Translations under genes and position numbers: made by a program
IMG/VR virus record: IMGVR_UViG_3300028920_000006
Location: 7,843 to 71,842 of that record
Length of the DNA stretch: 64,000 bases
From: a virus
Strand: one strand, 5' to 3'
Notes under the pieces: model-generated
What the model saw: the letters and a program-made list of their open reading frames with translations, nothing else
The model's database searches: none
Told to the model about the DNA's origin: nothing
Part shown: positions 49,220-57,923 of the stretch, piece after piece
Layout of the letters: each line of letters opens with the position of its first letter
Position numbering within the stretch: position 1 is the stretch's first letter

Positions 49220-50646
49220 TACCGAAAGTACTCCATTTCGTGTGGATCGGTGAGCCTATGCAACCATGGCTCAGAGCCAATCTTAGTAGATGGCAAAAGA
49301 TTAACCCAGAATGGGAAATACGAATCTGGGGGCAAAATGCCCTTAGTAGGCGTTATGAATCCCTTTATGACCGAATACAGGTGTCACAACGGGCCTCTAG
49401 TGGCCCTGATGCACCGGACCTGTGTACCCGTTCTGACATACTACGTTTGTCCGTCCTGCGGCGGTATGGGGGATTCTACTTTGATTGTGATTTCGTACCA
49501 TTGCGTCCGATGTCTTATTTGCTGTCTAAATATGGGCGTATGGAAGGTGCTTTCTTTTCCAAGCAGTGGGAGGAAGGACCAAAGAGAATTGCCAATGGTG
49601 TAATGGGTATGATGCCCAAAACAGATGGTTCCCCTCTGTGGGATGCTGTTGACCGTATAGTTGAAGAACATTCGGAAGGTAAAATACAGAGGACTAGTTT
49701 TGGGCCGTTATTCACAACGCGTCTAACTATAGAATACCCTGAGGTCATAATTGGTGAAATAGATGATTTCTACAAGATACGCTTCCAGCCGAAAGGGAAT
49801 GCAGTTAAACAGTATCTGAAGATACTGAAGACTGATTTTGACGCACAGACGCTACGAAGTGTATTCGGACGGGAGCTTCCGTTTGCCATGCATCTATGGA
49901 TGGGGAGGCAGGATTATCACAACAAGGCTTTGAACACTCAGGCAAAGCATATGGAACAGATAACCGATCGTGGTATAAAATCTACCACGTCTGTTCCAAA
50001 GAAGTTTGCTGTGGCTTGTGTGTTGAAAGATGGCCCTGACTACAATGAGGAGTACGTGAGGCGGCTTGTCCATGGATGTGAATGTTCATTCACCGGGGAC
50101 CATGATGTTGTGTGTCTTTCGGACAAACACATTGACGTTCCATGCAAGGTTGTCAAACTTCGTCACAACTGGCCGGGATGGTGGAGCAAGATTGAGTTGT
50201 TCAGGCCAGATGTATTTGAAGAGTACGAACGTGTAATCTACTTGGATCTGGATACTGTGTTGGTGGGTAACACCGATGGTCTCGTGTCGCATCCATGTCG
50301 GTTTGCCATGCTCCACGGCTTCCGCAAACCTGAACGCCGTGCGAGCGGGATCATGGTATGGGAAGGAGACTTCAGTAAACTTTACTATCAGATGGTCAAA
50401 CAGGAACGCCAGATATTGGTGGATGAGAAAGCATGGGATCAAGTGTTCATAGCGGATAACGTGCGTGAGTACTACTGTGAACCTGATCTGGTACAGGATA
50501 TGATTGATGGTGTGGTTTCTTACAAGAACCATGTTCGCGGGAAGGGTGGTCTGCCAAAAGGAACAAGGATAGTTTGTTTCCACGGTAGACCCAGACCTAT
50601 GGCTGTATGTGATGAATACGACTGGATGAAGGAGTTTTGGGGATGA
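49216..50646 (+). CDS. two-domain glycosyltransferase (GT32-like + GT8-like)
   Basis: IPKVLHFVWIG, SDILRL..YGGFYFDCD; GWWSKIELF, YLDLD, FHGRPRP. Confidence 0.82.
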   Translation: MIPKVLHFVWIGEPMQPWLRANLSRWQKINPEWEIRIWGQNALSRRYESLYDRIQVSQRASSGPDAPDLCTRSDILRLSVLRRYGGFYFDCDFVPLRPMSYLLSKYGRMEGAFFSKQWEEGPKRIANGVMGMMPKTDGSPLWDAVDRIVEEHSEGKIQRTSFGPLFTTRLTIEYPEVIIGEIDDFYKIRFQPKGNAVKQYLKILKTDFDAQTLRSVFGRELPFAMHLWMGRQDYHNKALNTQAKHMEQITDRGIKSTTSVPKKFAVACVLKDGPDYNEEYVRRLVHGCECSFTGDHDVVCLSDKHIDVPCKVVKLRHNWPGWWSKIELFRPDVFEEYERVIYLDLDTVLVGNTDGLVSHPCRFAMLHGFRKPERRASGIMVWEGDFSKLYYQMVKQERQILVDEKAWDQVFIADNVREYYCEPDLVQDMIDGVVSYKNHVRGKGGLPKGTRIVCFHGRPRPMAVCDEYDWMKEFWG

Positions 50647-51287
50647 TGGCGAATTGGCAGAAACATGGTCTGATTTTGATGGGTATGGTGGAGGTCAAGG
50701 ACAAGACCGTCGCTGACATCGGATGCGGAGATGGTTGGGCTTCTGTTGAACTGAAACACCGTGGAGCCATCGTCACTGCTGTGGACATCCTTCCCGAAGG
50801 ACACTACAAGTTGGATAGGATAGTTGAGCAGGGTATACATTATTCCAGTCTAGGTATTCGTGGGTTGGAGGGGGAGCATTATGATCTAGCGTGGTGTTAT
50901 CATGTGTTGGAGCACATACCAAACCCTACACTGTTCTTGTCTGATATTCGCAAGGTGGCTGATGTGTTGTGTCTGGCCGTTCCCAAGTGTACTCCAGAAG
51001 GGTTTGCAAAAGGTCACATCAATATGTATAACATGCCTCTTCTTGTTGAACACCTGCGGAGAGGCGGCTGGGATGTTGAGCATGGTCAATACACTATCTA
51101 TCCTGGGCCGAAAGTAGGAGCACTCTGGACCATTGTGAGTAGTCACGAAGGTTACATGTTTGAAGACCAGTCTACATATGCAAAGTATCCTGAGCCTATG
51201 AATGCTCTTAATGTAGAGGGTGAGAATCATTTGCGGAATGAGATGTATGAATGGAATTGGAATGGTTCCATACGCAAAGAGGAATGA
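50643..51287 (+). CDS. class I SAM-dependent methyltransferase
   Basis: ADIGCGDG, HVLEHI. Confidence 0.85.
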   Translation: MMANWQKHGLILMGMVEVKDKTVADIGCGDGWASVELKHRGAIVTAVDILPEGHYKLDRIVEQGIHYSSLGIRGLEGEHYDLAWCYHVLEHIPNPTLFLSDIRKVADVLCLAVPKCTPEGFAKGHINMYNMPLLVEHLRRGGWDVEHGQYTIYPGPKVGALWTIVSSHEGYMFEDQSTYAKYPEPMNALNVEGENHLRNEMYEWNWNGSIRKEE

Positions 51288-51294
51288 AACAACC

Positions 51295-51960
51295 ATGCGA
51301 CCTATGCACATAACGATTTGTGGGTATCCTAGAGCAGGAACTAGTCTAATCCAACATATGCTCCAAGTTAGTCTAGGCCCCAACTTCGTATCTACCATGG
51401 GAGATGAAATATCTGCTTTGGATGCAGTGGGTATTGACGAACGTAGTCGGGTTACTAAGAGACCCCTGGACATATTTCGTATTGGTAACATACGTAGAAA
51501 GAACAAGAATGGGTTCAACAAACAATTAATCTTCCTGTTGATGGTGCGTGATCCCAGATTTGTATTGACTTCACGCCATGAAAAAGTTAATGGGAAGTAT
51601 CTCATTCGGTATGATATGGGCGGGGTTGAATCAGCAGGATTAGTAGCAACCCACAAGTCAGTCATACACCATAAGAATGATGGTGATTGTTTGGTGGTGA
51701 AATACGAATACATGATCAACAGTCTCCAAGCAGTTGAAGATAAGTTGAAGGGGTTTGGAGTGCCTATCATATGGCCTATGGCTGATTATGTGAAGGTTGA
51801 ACAATATCACCCCGGTGAGCAGCAGAAACCGTTACACAGACCGCTGTCAACCGCGAGGAAGGGATTGACCCCCGGTGACCAAGTCTATTTGAACAGGCAG
51901 ATTGCGGAGTGTCCATACATTAACCAGATGATAGAGGATTTCGGTTATGACCACACGTGA
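51295..51960 (+). CDS. sulfotransferase-like protein
   Basis: ICGYPRAGTS PAPS-binding loop, VRDPR..S, VKYE. Confidence 0.72.
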   Translation: MRPMHITICGYPRAGTSLIQHMLQVSLGPNFVSTMGDEISALDAVGIDERSRVTKRPLDIFRIGNIRRKNKNGFNKQLIFLLMVRDPRFVLTSRHEKVNGKYLIRYDMGGVESAGLVATHKSVIHHKNDGDCLVVKYEYMINSLQAVEDKLKGFGVPIIWPMADYVKVEQYHPGEQQKPLHRPLSTARKGLTPGDQVYLNRQIAECPYINQMIEDFGYDHT

Positions 51961-52525
51961 AGAAGTAATTCAAAAGTGGACCGGGCCAAAAAGTCTCAAC
52001 CTGTTGTATCCCGGGAAGTGTGTGTGGCCGGATTCTGATTGTGAAGATATGATCTTGGATTTGTGCACTCCTGGATTTGTTGCTGAGATAGGGTGTGGCA
52101 ACGGTAGGGTGGCGAACGTACTGAACCCGAAGATGTATATTGGGGTGGACATCAACGAGCGAGCTATAGAACAGGCAAGGAAGAATTGCCCGGAGCACAA
52201 TTTCCGCTGTATAGGTTATGATGATGATTACCCTATCGCAGATATGTACTTGTTCTATACAGTGCTACTTCATGTGAGGGATGAGGACTTACCTTCTGTA
52301 ATAGAAAGGTGTCACGAAGCCAACAAGGTAATAGTGTTTGAATCTATGTGTCCAAGACTACGAAATCATGGGGATGATTTCCAACGGGGTATGGATGACT
52401 ATGATCAGGTATTCAAACAATATGGATGGGAACTAGATTTTTACGTCAGGAAACTTTCTGATTCGTGGCCTCACTTCAGAGATTATGCTGTGTGGCGAAA
52501 CCTAACCAAAGGAGAAGAAGGATGA
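51947..52525 (+). CDS. class I SAM-dependent methyltransferase
   Basis: AEIGCGNG, GVDIN, VLLHV. Confidence 0.82.
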   Translation: MTTREEVIQKWTGPKSLNLLYPGKCVWPDSDCEDMILDLCTPGFVAEIGCGNGRVANVLNPKMYIGVDINERAIEQARKNCPEHNFRCIGYDDDYPIADMYLFYTVLLHVRDEDLPSVIERCHEANKVIVFESMCPRLRNHGDDFQRGMDDYDQVFKQYGWELDFYVRKLSDSWPHFRDYAVWRNLTKGEEG

Positions 52526-53784
52526 AGATAGGATTCGTAGGATTGGGTAAGTTGGGACTGCCGTGTGCGACGTGTGTAGATATGAAGGGGCATGATGTGA
52601 TGGGGTATGACCTGGATTCGTCACGCATGACCACGAAACGTCAGCCATACCAAGAAGCAGGTCCAGGGGGTAAAGGAGACTTCAACAGTTGGCTCGCTTC
52701 ATCCACTTTGAAGTTTGGTTCCTTGGAAGAAGTGGTAGAGCACGGGGAAGATCTTATCTTCGTGGCTGTACAAACCCCGCACGATCCTAAGTATGAAGGA
52801 GTTACCCCTCTACCTGATGAACGTAAGGACTTCAGTTACAAGTATCTTCAGAGTGCTGTTGGTACTATTGATAGGGTCTGCCGTGACAAAGGTATCAAAC
52901 GCACTGTTGTGATCATATCCACCTGTCTGCCGGGGACTGTTGACAATCTGAAAGAAGCTTGGCGGTATATAGACATAGTGTACAATCCGTTCTTCATAGC
53001 TATGGGAACAACCATGAGGGACTTCCTTAATCCTGAGTTTGTCTTGGTTGGTGTAGAAAAGGAAGCTCCTGCTCGTAAGGTGGGGCAGTTCTATAATACC
53101 ATGGTTGATGCGAAGATGTGGTTCATGTCTATCATGTCCGCAGAGCTGACCAAGGTGGCGTATAACACCTACATCAGCAGTAAGATAGCGTTTGCAAACA
53201 CAGTGATGGAGATATGTGATAACCAGAAGATGGACAAGGCTGATTGTGATGCTGTGATAAATGCACTGTCGGATGCTTCAACCCGTCTCATATCCCCGGC
53301 ATACCTGCGAGGTGGGATGGGGGATGGTGGGGGTTGTCACCCGCGTGACAACATCGCAATGAGTTGGTTGGCGAAACGACTGGGACTGTCCCATGATCTG
53401 TTTGAAGATATGATGAAGTGCAGACAGGATCAGAGTAAGTACCTTGTGAAGCTGGTAGTAAGGTTCAAAGAGAAGTATCCTGATCTCCCGGTTGCAATTC
53501 TGGGGTATGCATTCAAGCCCGAAACCAATCTCACAGTAGGATCCCCTGCCCTTCTGCTCAAACATCAGTTGGAAGATAGGGGTATGAAGCCGTTCGTATT
53601 CGATCATGTTGTGGAAGATAAAACCCCCTTGTGGCTGAACAGTCCTGCGATTGTGGTGATAGGGTGCAAACATGAATTGTACAAAGACTATCCGTTCCCC
53701 AAAGGTTCTGTTGTCATAGACCCTCACAGGTACATACCAGATAGAGAAGGTGTAGTAGTACACAGAATAGGAGAAGGAAGGTGA
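52522..53784 (+). CDS. ugd: UDP-glucose/GDP-mannose dehydrogenase family
   Basis: GLGKLG, AVQTP, AELTK..YN, GGGCHPRD, AFKPET. Confidence 0.9.
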   Translation: MKIGFVGLGKLGLPCATCVDMKGHDVMGYDLDSSRMTTKRQPYQEAGPGGKGDFNSWLASSTLKFGSLEEVVEHGEDLIFVAVQTPHDPKYEGVTPLPDERKDFSYKYLQSAVGTIDRVCRDKGIKRTVVIISTCLPGTVDNLKEAWRYIDIVYNPFFIAMGTTMRDFLNPEFVLVGVEKEAPARKVGQFYNTMVDAKMWFMSIMSAELTKVAYNTYISSKIAFANTVMEICDNQKMDKADCDAVINALSDASTRLISPAYLRGGMGDGGGCHPRDNIAMSWLAKRLGLSHDLFEDMMKCRQDQSKYLVKLVVRFKEKYPDLPVAILGYAFKPETNLTVGSPALLLKHQLEDRGMKPFVFDHVVEDKTPLWLNSPAIVVIGCKHELYKDYPFPKGSVVIDPHRYIPDREGVVVHRIGEGR

Positions 53785-54452
53785 AATCACCAATTCTAAT
53801 CACAGGTTGTGCCCGTAGTGGTACATCCATGACGGCTGGAATAGTCCACATCTGTGGTGCCTTCGGAGGTAGGATGAGCGGCCCGACTCCCCACAATCGC
53901 AAAGGGATGTTCGAGAACGCTGAGATACGTAATCAAATTGTGAAACCCTATCTTTCGGATGTTCTTGGTGTGGACAAGCTCGGACAGGATCCCTTACCAG
54001 ATGTGAAGAACCTTGTACCATATCCGCGTTTGAGGTCTCAGGTTGAGACTGTAATAAAGTTTCAGGGGTACAAAGATGGTCCTTGGTTCTACAAGGGAGC
54101 CAAGATGTGTCTGTTTTGGCCCATCTGGCATAGAGCGTTTCCTAATGCCAAGTGGATAATCGTACGCAGAGATCACAAGGGGATCATCAACTCCTGCCTG
54201 AAAACAAGCTTCATGCGTGCCTACAAAGATGAAGAGGGTTGGCAATCATGGATTGACCAACATGAAAGACGTTTTCTAGAGATGAAGACCGCTGGACTTA
54301 GTATAGCGGAAGTATGGCCTACGAAGTTCGTAGAGGGAGACTTCAGTGAGATTTACAGGGTGATCACAAAGTACCTACGACTTCGTTGGCGTGAAAAGAA
54401 GGTACGGGATTTCATAGAACCCGCTTTTTGGAGTACAATCAAAGATGCCTAA
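53781..54452 (+). CDS. sulfotransferase-like protein
   Basis: ITGCARSGTS, N.KG.FEN, FPNAKWIIVRR..S. Confidence 0.75.
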   Translation: MKSPILITGCARSGTSMTAGIVHICGAFGGRMSGPTPHNRKGMFENAEIRNQIVKPYLSDVLGVDKLGQDPLPDVKNLVPYPRLRSQVETVIKFQGYKDGPWFYKGAKMCLFWPIWHRAFPNAKWIIVRRDHKGIINSCLKTSFMRAYKDEEGWQSWIDQHERRFLEMKTAGLSIAEVWPTKFVEGDFSEIYRVITKYLRLRWREKKVRDFIEPAFWSTIKDA

Positions 54453-54843
54453 CAGAGTAACAGTAGCCGAAGTGGAGCAAATCATTGACCTAGATAGTTC
54501 GTTCACTGATGGGGATGTGACTATCCATATCAATGCGGCTAATCGTGTGGTGACCAAGATTGTCACAGATAGTAGCATGACCAGCGATGACAAGAAGGAA
54601 GTGGAGAGATGGTTAGCTGCTCACTTCTGTGCAATGGGACGCAATCCATATGCGGACAGGGAAGAAGCTGGTTCTGTGGCACAGACTATGGGACACAAGC
54701 TTGATCTTCGTTTGGACAACACACGATGGGGTCAGATGGCTATGATTATAGACACAGGCGGTGATCTAGCCAGGATGAACGAGGCCGGTAAGAAGGGCAA
54801 ACAGATGAGAGCAACATTCACCACGTTGAACCCGGAGACATAA
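54445..54843 (+). CDS. head-tail adaptor
   Basis: ERWLAAHF, L..TRWGQ; position. Confidence 0.7.
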   Translation: MPNRVTVAEVEQIIDLDSSFTDGDVTIHINAANRVVTKIVTDSSMTSDDKKEVERWLAAHFCAMGRNPYADREEAGSVAQTMGHKLDLRLDNTRWGQMAMIIDTGGDLARMNEAGKKGKQMRATFTTLNPET

Positions 54844-54845
54844 AT

Positions 54846-55196
54846 ATGATGCGGATCATCAAATCTATGTTGAAGCAGACTGCGGTCTATTGGGGAAACC
54901 CGGTGATGGATGGATACGGGAAGTACACATTCGACGCGGCTGTTGAACTCAGAGTTAGATGGGAAGACAAACAGGAACTGTTCATAGACCCGCAGGGTGA
55001 TGAAGTATTGTCAATGTCTATTGTGTATGTGATATCTGATGTGGACATTGGCGGGTACTTGTATCTGGGTATCGAAACCGACCTAGACAGTAATCACACG
55101 GACCCCCAGATTATCTCTGGAGCGTTCAAGATAAAGCAGTTCGGTAAGCTACCTACACTTTCTGCGACGCAGCATTTGAGGCAAGCATGGCTCTAG
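54846..55196 (+). CDS. head closure protein
   Basis: QTAVYW..DGYG, RWED; position. Confidence 0.65.
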   Translation: MMRIIKSMLKQTAVYWGNPVMDGYGKYTFDAAVELRVRWEDKQELFIDPQGDEVLSMSIVYVISDVDIGGYLYLGIETDLDSNHTDPQIISGAFKIKQFGKLPTLSATQHLRQAWL

Positions 55197-55966
55197 ACGT
55201 AAAAGGTCCTAGGAAGGGTTTGACGGTGAAGGGGCTTGATGACATCATGGAGAAATTAAACGCTTACATCAATGATGTCCCCTTTGTGACCAAAGTAGGT
55301 CTCATTGAAGCTGGACTGCTTATTCAAAAGGATGCTCAGTCCAGAACGCCGGTGGACCTTGGTAATCTCAAGGCCAGTGGTATGACCGTATGGAAAGGCA
55401 AGAAGGCCGTTCCAATGCCCGCGTGGAAGTCTTCGCGAGCAAAGGGAGCTAGCCCCAAAAAGAAGTCCAGCACGGAAGGACCAAGCTGGAGACGTAGGAT
55501 ATCTGTGGGAGAAGATAAGGTTGCTCTGCTTAGGGAAGGTCACACGTCAATGTCCAGTGAGTTGAAGCAACTAACGGGGTTGTCCGATGACTTCTGGAGC
55601 CCCACAGTGATGGTGGGTTTCAGTGCGTATTATGCTCTGTGGGTTCATGAGAATCTGCATGTATCTCATAGGGTGGGGGAAGCACAGTTTCTAAGACGAG
55701 CTGTCATATGCAACTTCGACAAGATACTTGCTGTTGTAAAGCAATCCAATGTGAAGGCGATAAGACGTGCTGGTCGTAAGAAGGCAAAGAGATTGAAAGG
55801 TGGGAAGGGGAGCGTTTCATTCGCCAGAGTATTACGAACGGCTGGAGTGAAGACAGGTGTGTCTGGTAGGATGGGACTTCCGGGTATGCCTGGAAAGACA
55901 ACCATCCCAAGAATACCGACACCACAATCAGTTTTACGTGCTGGTAGGAAGGGGAAAGTAAAGTGA
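55187..55966 (+). CDS. HK97 gp10-like neck protein with basic extensions
   Basis: TPVDLGNLKAS, YALWVHE, AQFL. Confidence 0.75.
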   Translation: MALDVKGPRKGLTVKGLDDIMEKLNAYINDVPFVTKVGLIEAGLLIQKDAQSRTPVDLGNLKASGMTVWKGKKAVPMPAWKSSRAKGASPKKKSSTEGPSWRRRISVGEDKVALLREGHTSMSSELKQLTGLSDDFWSPTVMVGFSAYYALWVHENLHVSHRVGEAQFLRRAVICNFDKILAVVKQSNVKAIRRAGRKKAKRLKGGKGSVSFARVLRTAGVKTGVSGRMGLPGMPGKTTIPRIPTPQSVLRAGRKGKVK

Positions 55967-56382
55967 ACACTGTTACTGAAGATGTAAAAGACTATCTGGT
56001 AGCACAAGCTATTGGTACTTTTGGAGACGGCACTGGATGGCGTATCTTCATAGCTGCCGAACCATCTTCACCAGATACCATCATCACTTTGTATGACACT
56101 CCAGGACCGAAGCCGGGGTATTGCTTCAACAAGGCTGTGAAGCCTATGAGGTTTGACAACATCGGAATTCGGGTACGTGGATTGACTTACAAGACTGCCA
56201 GAGCCAAGATGGATGAAATTGTGGATGCATTGAATAAGAGGGGTGCATTCAGTGTAGGGACTGTTCGCTACAGTGACATCCAGATGGTTGGGGATGTGTT
56301 TCCCATTGGCAGGGATGACAAGGATAGACCAGTCTGGTCTAGTAATTGGCAGGCATTCAGGGTAGATAGTAGTAGTTACTAG
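55963..56382 (+). CDS. tail terminator / minor capsid-like protein
   Basis: ITLYDTPG, IRVRG, IGRDDKDR. Confidence 0.7.
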   Translation: MNTVTEDVKDYLVAQAIGTFGDGTGWRIFIAAEPSSPDTIITLYDTPGPKPGYCFNKAVKPMRFDNIGIRVRGLTYKTARAKMDEIVDALNKRGAFSVGTVRYSDIQMVGDVFPIGRDDKDRPVWSSNWQAFRVDSSSY

Positions 56383-56391
56383 GAAGGATGA

Positions 56392-56745
56392 GTGATGAGT
56401 GCAGAAGAGAAAATGCCGGGATTAACCAAGACACAGGTCAAGCAGGTTCGGGTCACCGAATGGGCTGTAGCCAATGGATGGCGACCTGATCCCAACTTCC
56501 GTATTAATCCGCAACTGTTCGGCTTTGATGAAGAGAAGGGGGTGCGGATAAGGATAAGGTTTTTTGAACGTAGTATGACATTGGAAGAGAAAGTGCCTCT
56601 AAGTAAAGAGGAGAAAAAGGAAAGACCACTTCAGAATATGCAGTGGGTAGTGGTGGAAAAAAGATCCTATCCCAAGGTTACAATAAAAAATGGAGAGTTG
56701 GATTGGGGTAGGGTGGAGAAGAAGAAGGACAAGGAGGAAGAATAA
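56392..56745 (+). CDS. hypothetical protein
   Basis: 117 aa, TAATG overlap with tail tube gene. Confidence 0.55.
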   Translation: MMSAEEKMPGLTKTQVKQVRVTEWAVANGWRPDPNFRINPQLFGFDEEKGVRIRIRFFERSMTLEEKVPLSKEEKKERPLQNMQWVVVEKRSYPKVTIKNGELDWGRVEKKKDKEEE

Positions 56746-57119
56746 TGGCCTTCGTAGGTACAGGGACGACTATGACATGGGAATCAGGTTTCCACGCGGA
56801 AATCCTGGATCTGTCACCTCCGGGTGCGAGCAGAGTCTCAATCCAAACAAGTCATATGGGTACGACCACGGCACACACGTTCGTGCCCGGTGACCTTGTA
56901 GATTGGGGTGAGCTGACTGTTGAAATAGCACTCTTCCCGGGAACTACCATCCCGATTACGAGTGCGGCGTCTGAGGTTGTGGTAACATTCTCAGACAGTG
57001 GGTCCAGCACATGGACTTTCAATGCGTTCATGACAGGGTTTGAGTCATCTATTCCTCTGGAGGAACGGGCGACCGGAACGTCTACGTGTAAAGTCACAGG
57101 CGCAGTAGCTCAGGCTTAA
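56745..57119 (+). CDS. tail tube (major tail) protein
   Basis: TSH..F.PG.L.D.GE, WTF.AF.T; directly before chaperone genes. Confidence 0.75.
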   Translation: MAFVGTGTTMTWESGFHAEILDLSPPGASRVSIQTSHMGTTTAHTFVPGDLVDWGELTVEIALFPGTTIPITSAASEVVVTFSDSGSSTWTFNAFMTGFESSIPLEERATGTSTCKVTGAVAQA

Positions 57120-57149
57120 CAACAAGTGGAAAGTAGGAAAGGACTAACC

Positions 57150-57623
57150 ATGTCCAAAAATAAGAAAGTAGAGGATACAAAAGTGAACGAGTTCTTAACC
57201 AAAGAAGAGATTGAGCAGATCGAAGACATAGAGACAAAAGAAATAACCATTCCTGAATGGAATAACAAGAAGGTTCGCGTGCGTGGTATGTCTGGTACTG
57301 AAAGGGATATGTATGACAACATACTCGCCAACCACACAAAAGGCGAAGCCCCAAATCAGACATTGGATATGGAAGGCATACGAGCTGAGGTCGTATCTCT
57401 GTGTCTAGTTGACGAGCTTGGTGTTCGACTGTTCACCACACCTTCAGATGTGAACATATTGTCTGCCAAGTCAGGCGCGGCCATAAGTAGGATCTACGAT
57501 GTAGCTTGTGAACTAAGTGGGTTGACCCGCGAAGCACAGGACTTAGCGGAAAAAAACTCAAAAGCCGCCCAGAGCGGCAATTCTGGTTCCGGATCGCAAG
57601 AGCCATCGGCGGATGTACAGTAA
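57150..57623 (+). CDS. tail assembly chaperone (gpG-like)
   Basis: IPEW..V.VRGMSG.ERD, LVDE.G.RLF, AEKN slippery end. Confidence 0.8.
   Translation: MSKNKKVEDTKVNEFLTKEEIEQIEDIETKEITIPEWNNKKVRVRGMSGTERDMYDNILANHTKGEAPNQTLDMEGIRAEVVSLCLVDELGVRLFTTPSDVNILSAKSGAAISRIYDVACELSGLTREAQDLAEKNSKAAQSGNSGSGSQEPSADVQ
57551..57557 (+). other. -1 programmed frameshift site A AAA AAC (gpG to gpGT)
   Basis: -1 frame is open (LKSRPERQFWFRIARAIGGCTVTELQKRMSSKEFEEW) and joins ORF 57641-57922. Confidence 0.82.
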
Positions 57624-57922
57624 CGGAACTTCAGAAGAGGATGTCGAGTAAGGAGTTTGAAGAGTGGATGCTATACGACAGTATGTTCCCGAGCATGGAA
57701 GAGAGGATAGATTACGGCTTTGCGCGGGTACTGTGTGTATTAGCAAATATGTTCCGGGGGGAGAAAGAAAAGGAAATCCCTCTGGACAAGTTTCTGCCAA
57801 AGTGGGGAGAAGAACCCAAGGAGAAACAGCGACGTAGACCTGTGAAGGAACTGAAAAACAAGTTCCTCGCATGGGCGAGTGCACACAACCAATATCTCGC
57901 CAGTCAATTGAAAGAGAAATAG
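57557..57922 (+). CDS. gpT-like frameshifted part of tail chaperone
   Basis: MSS.EF.EW..Y motif, directly before tape measure gene. Confidence 0.75.
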   Translation, partial: LKSRPERQFWFRIARAIGGCTVTELQKRMSSKEFEEWMLYDSMFPSMEERIDYGFARVLCVLANMFRGEKEKEIPLDKFLPKWGEEPKEKQRRRPVKELKNKFLAWASAHNQYLASQLKEK

Positions 57923-57923
57923 G

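Noticed and set aside
57551-57922. Tail chaperone frameshift as a novelty
   Set aside because: Well-known lambda G/GT-type mechanism; listed as a feature only
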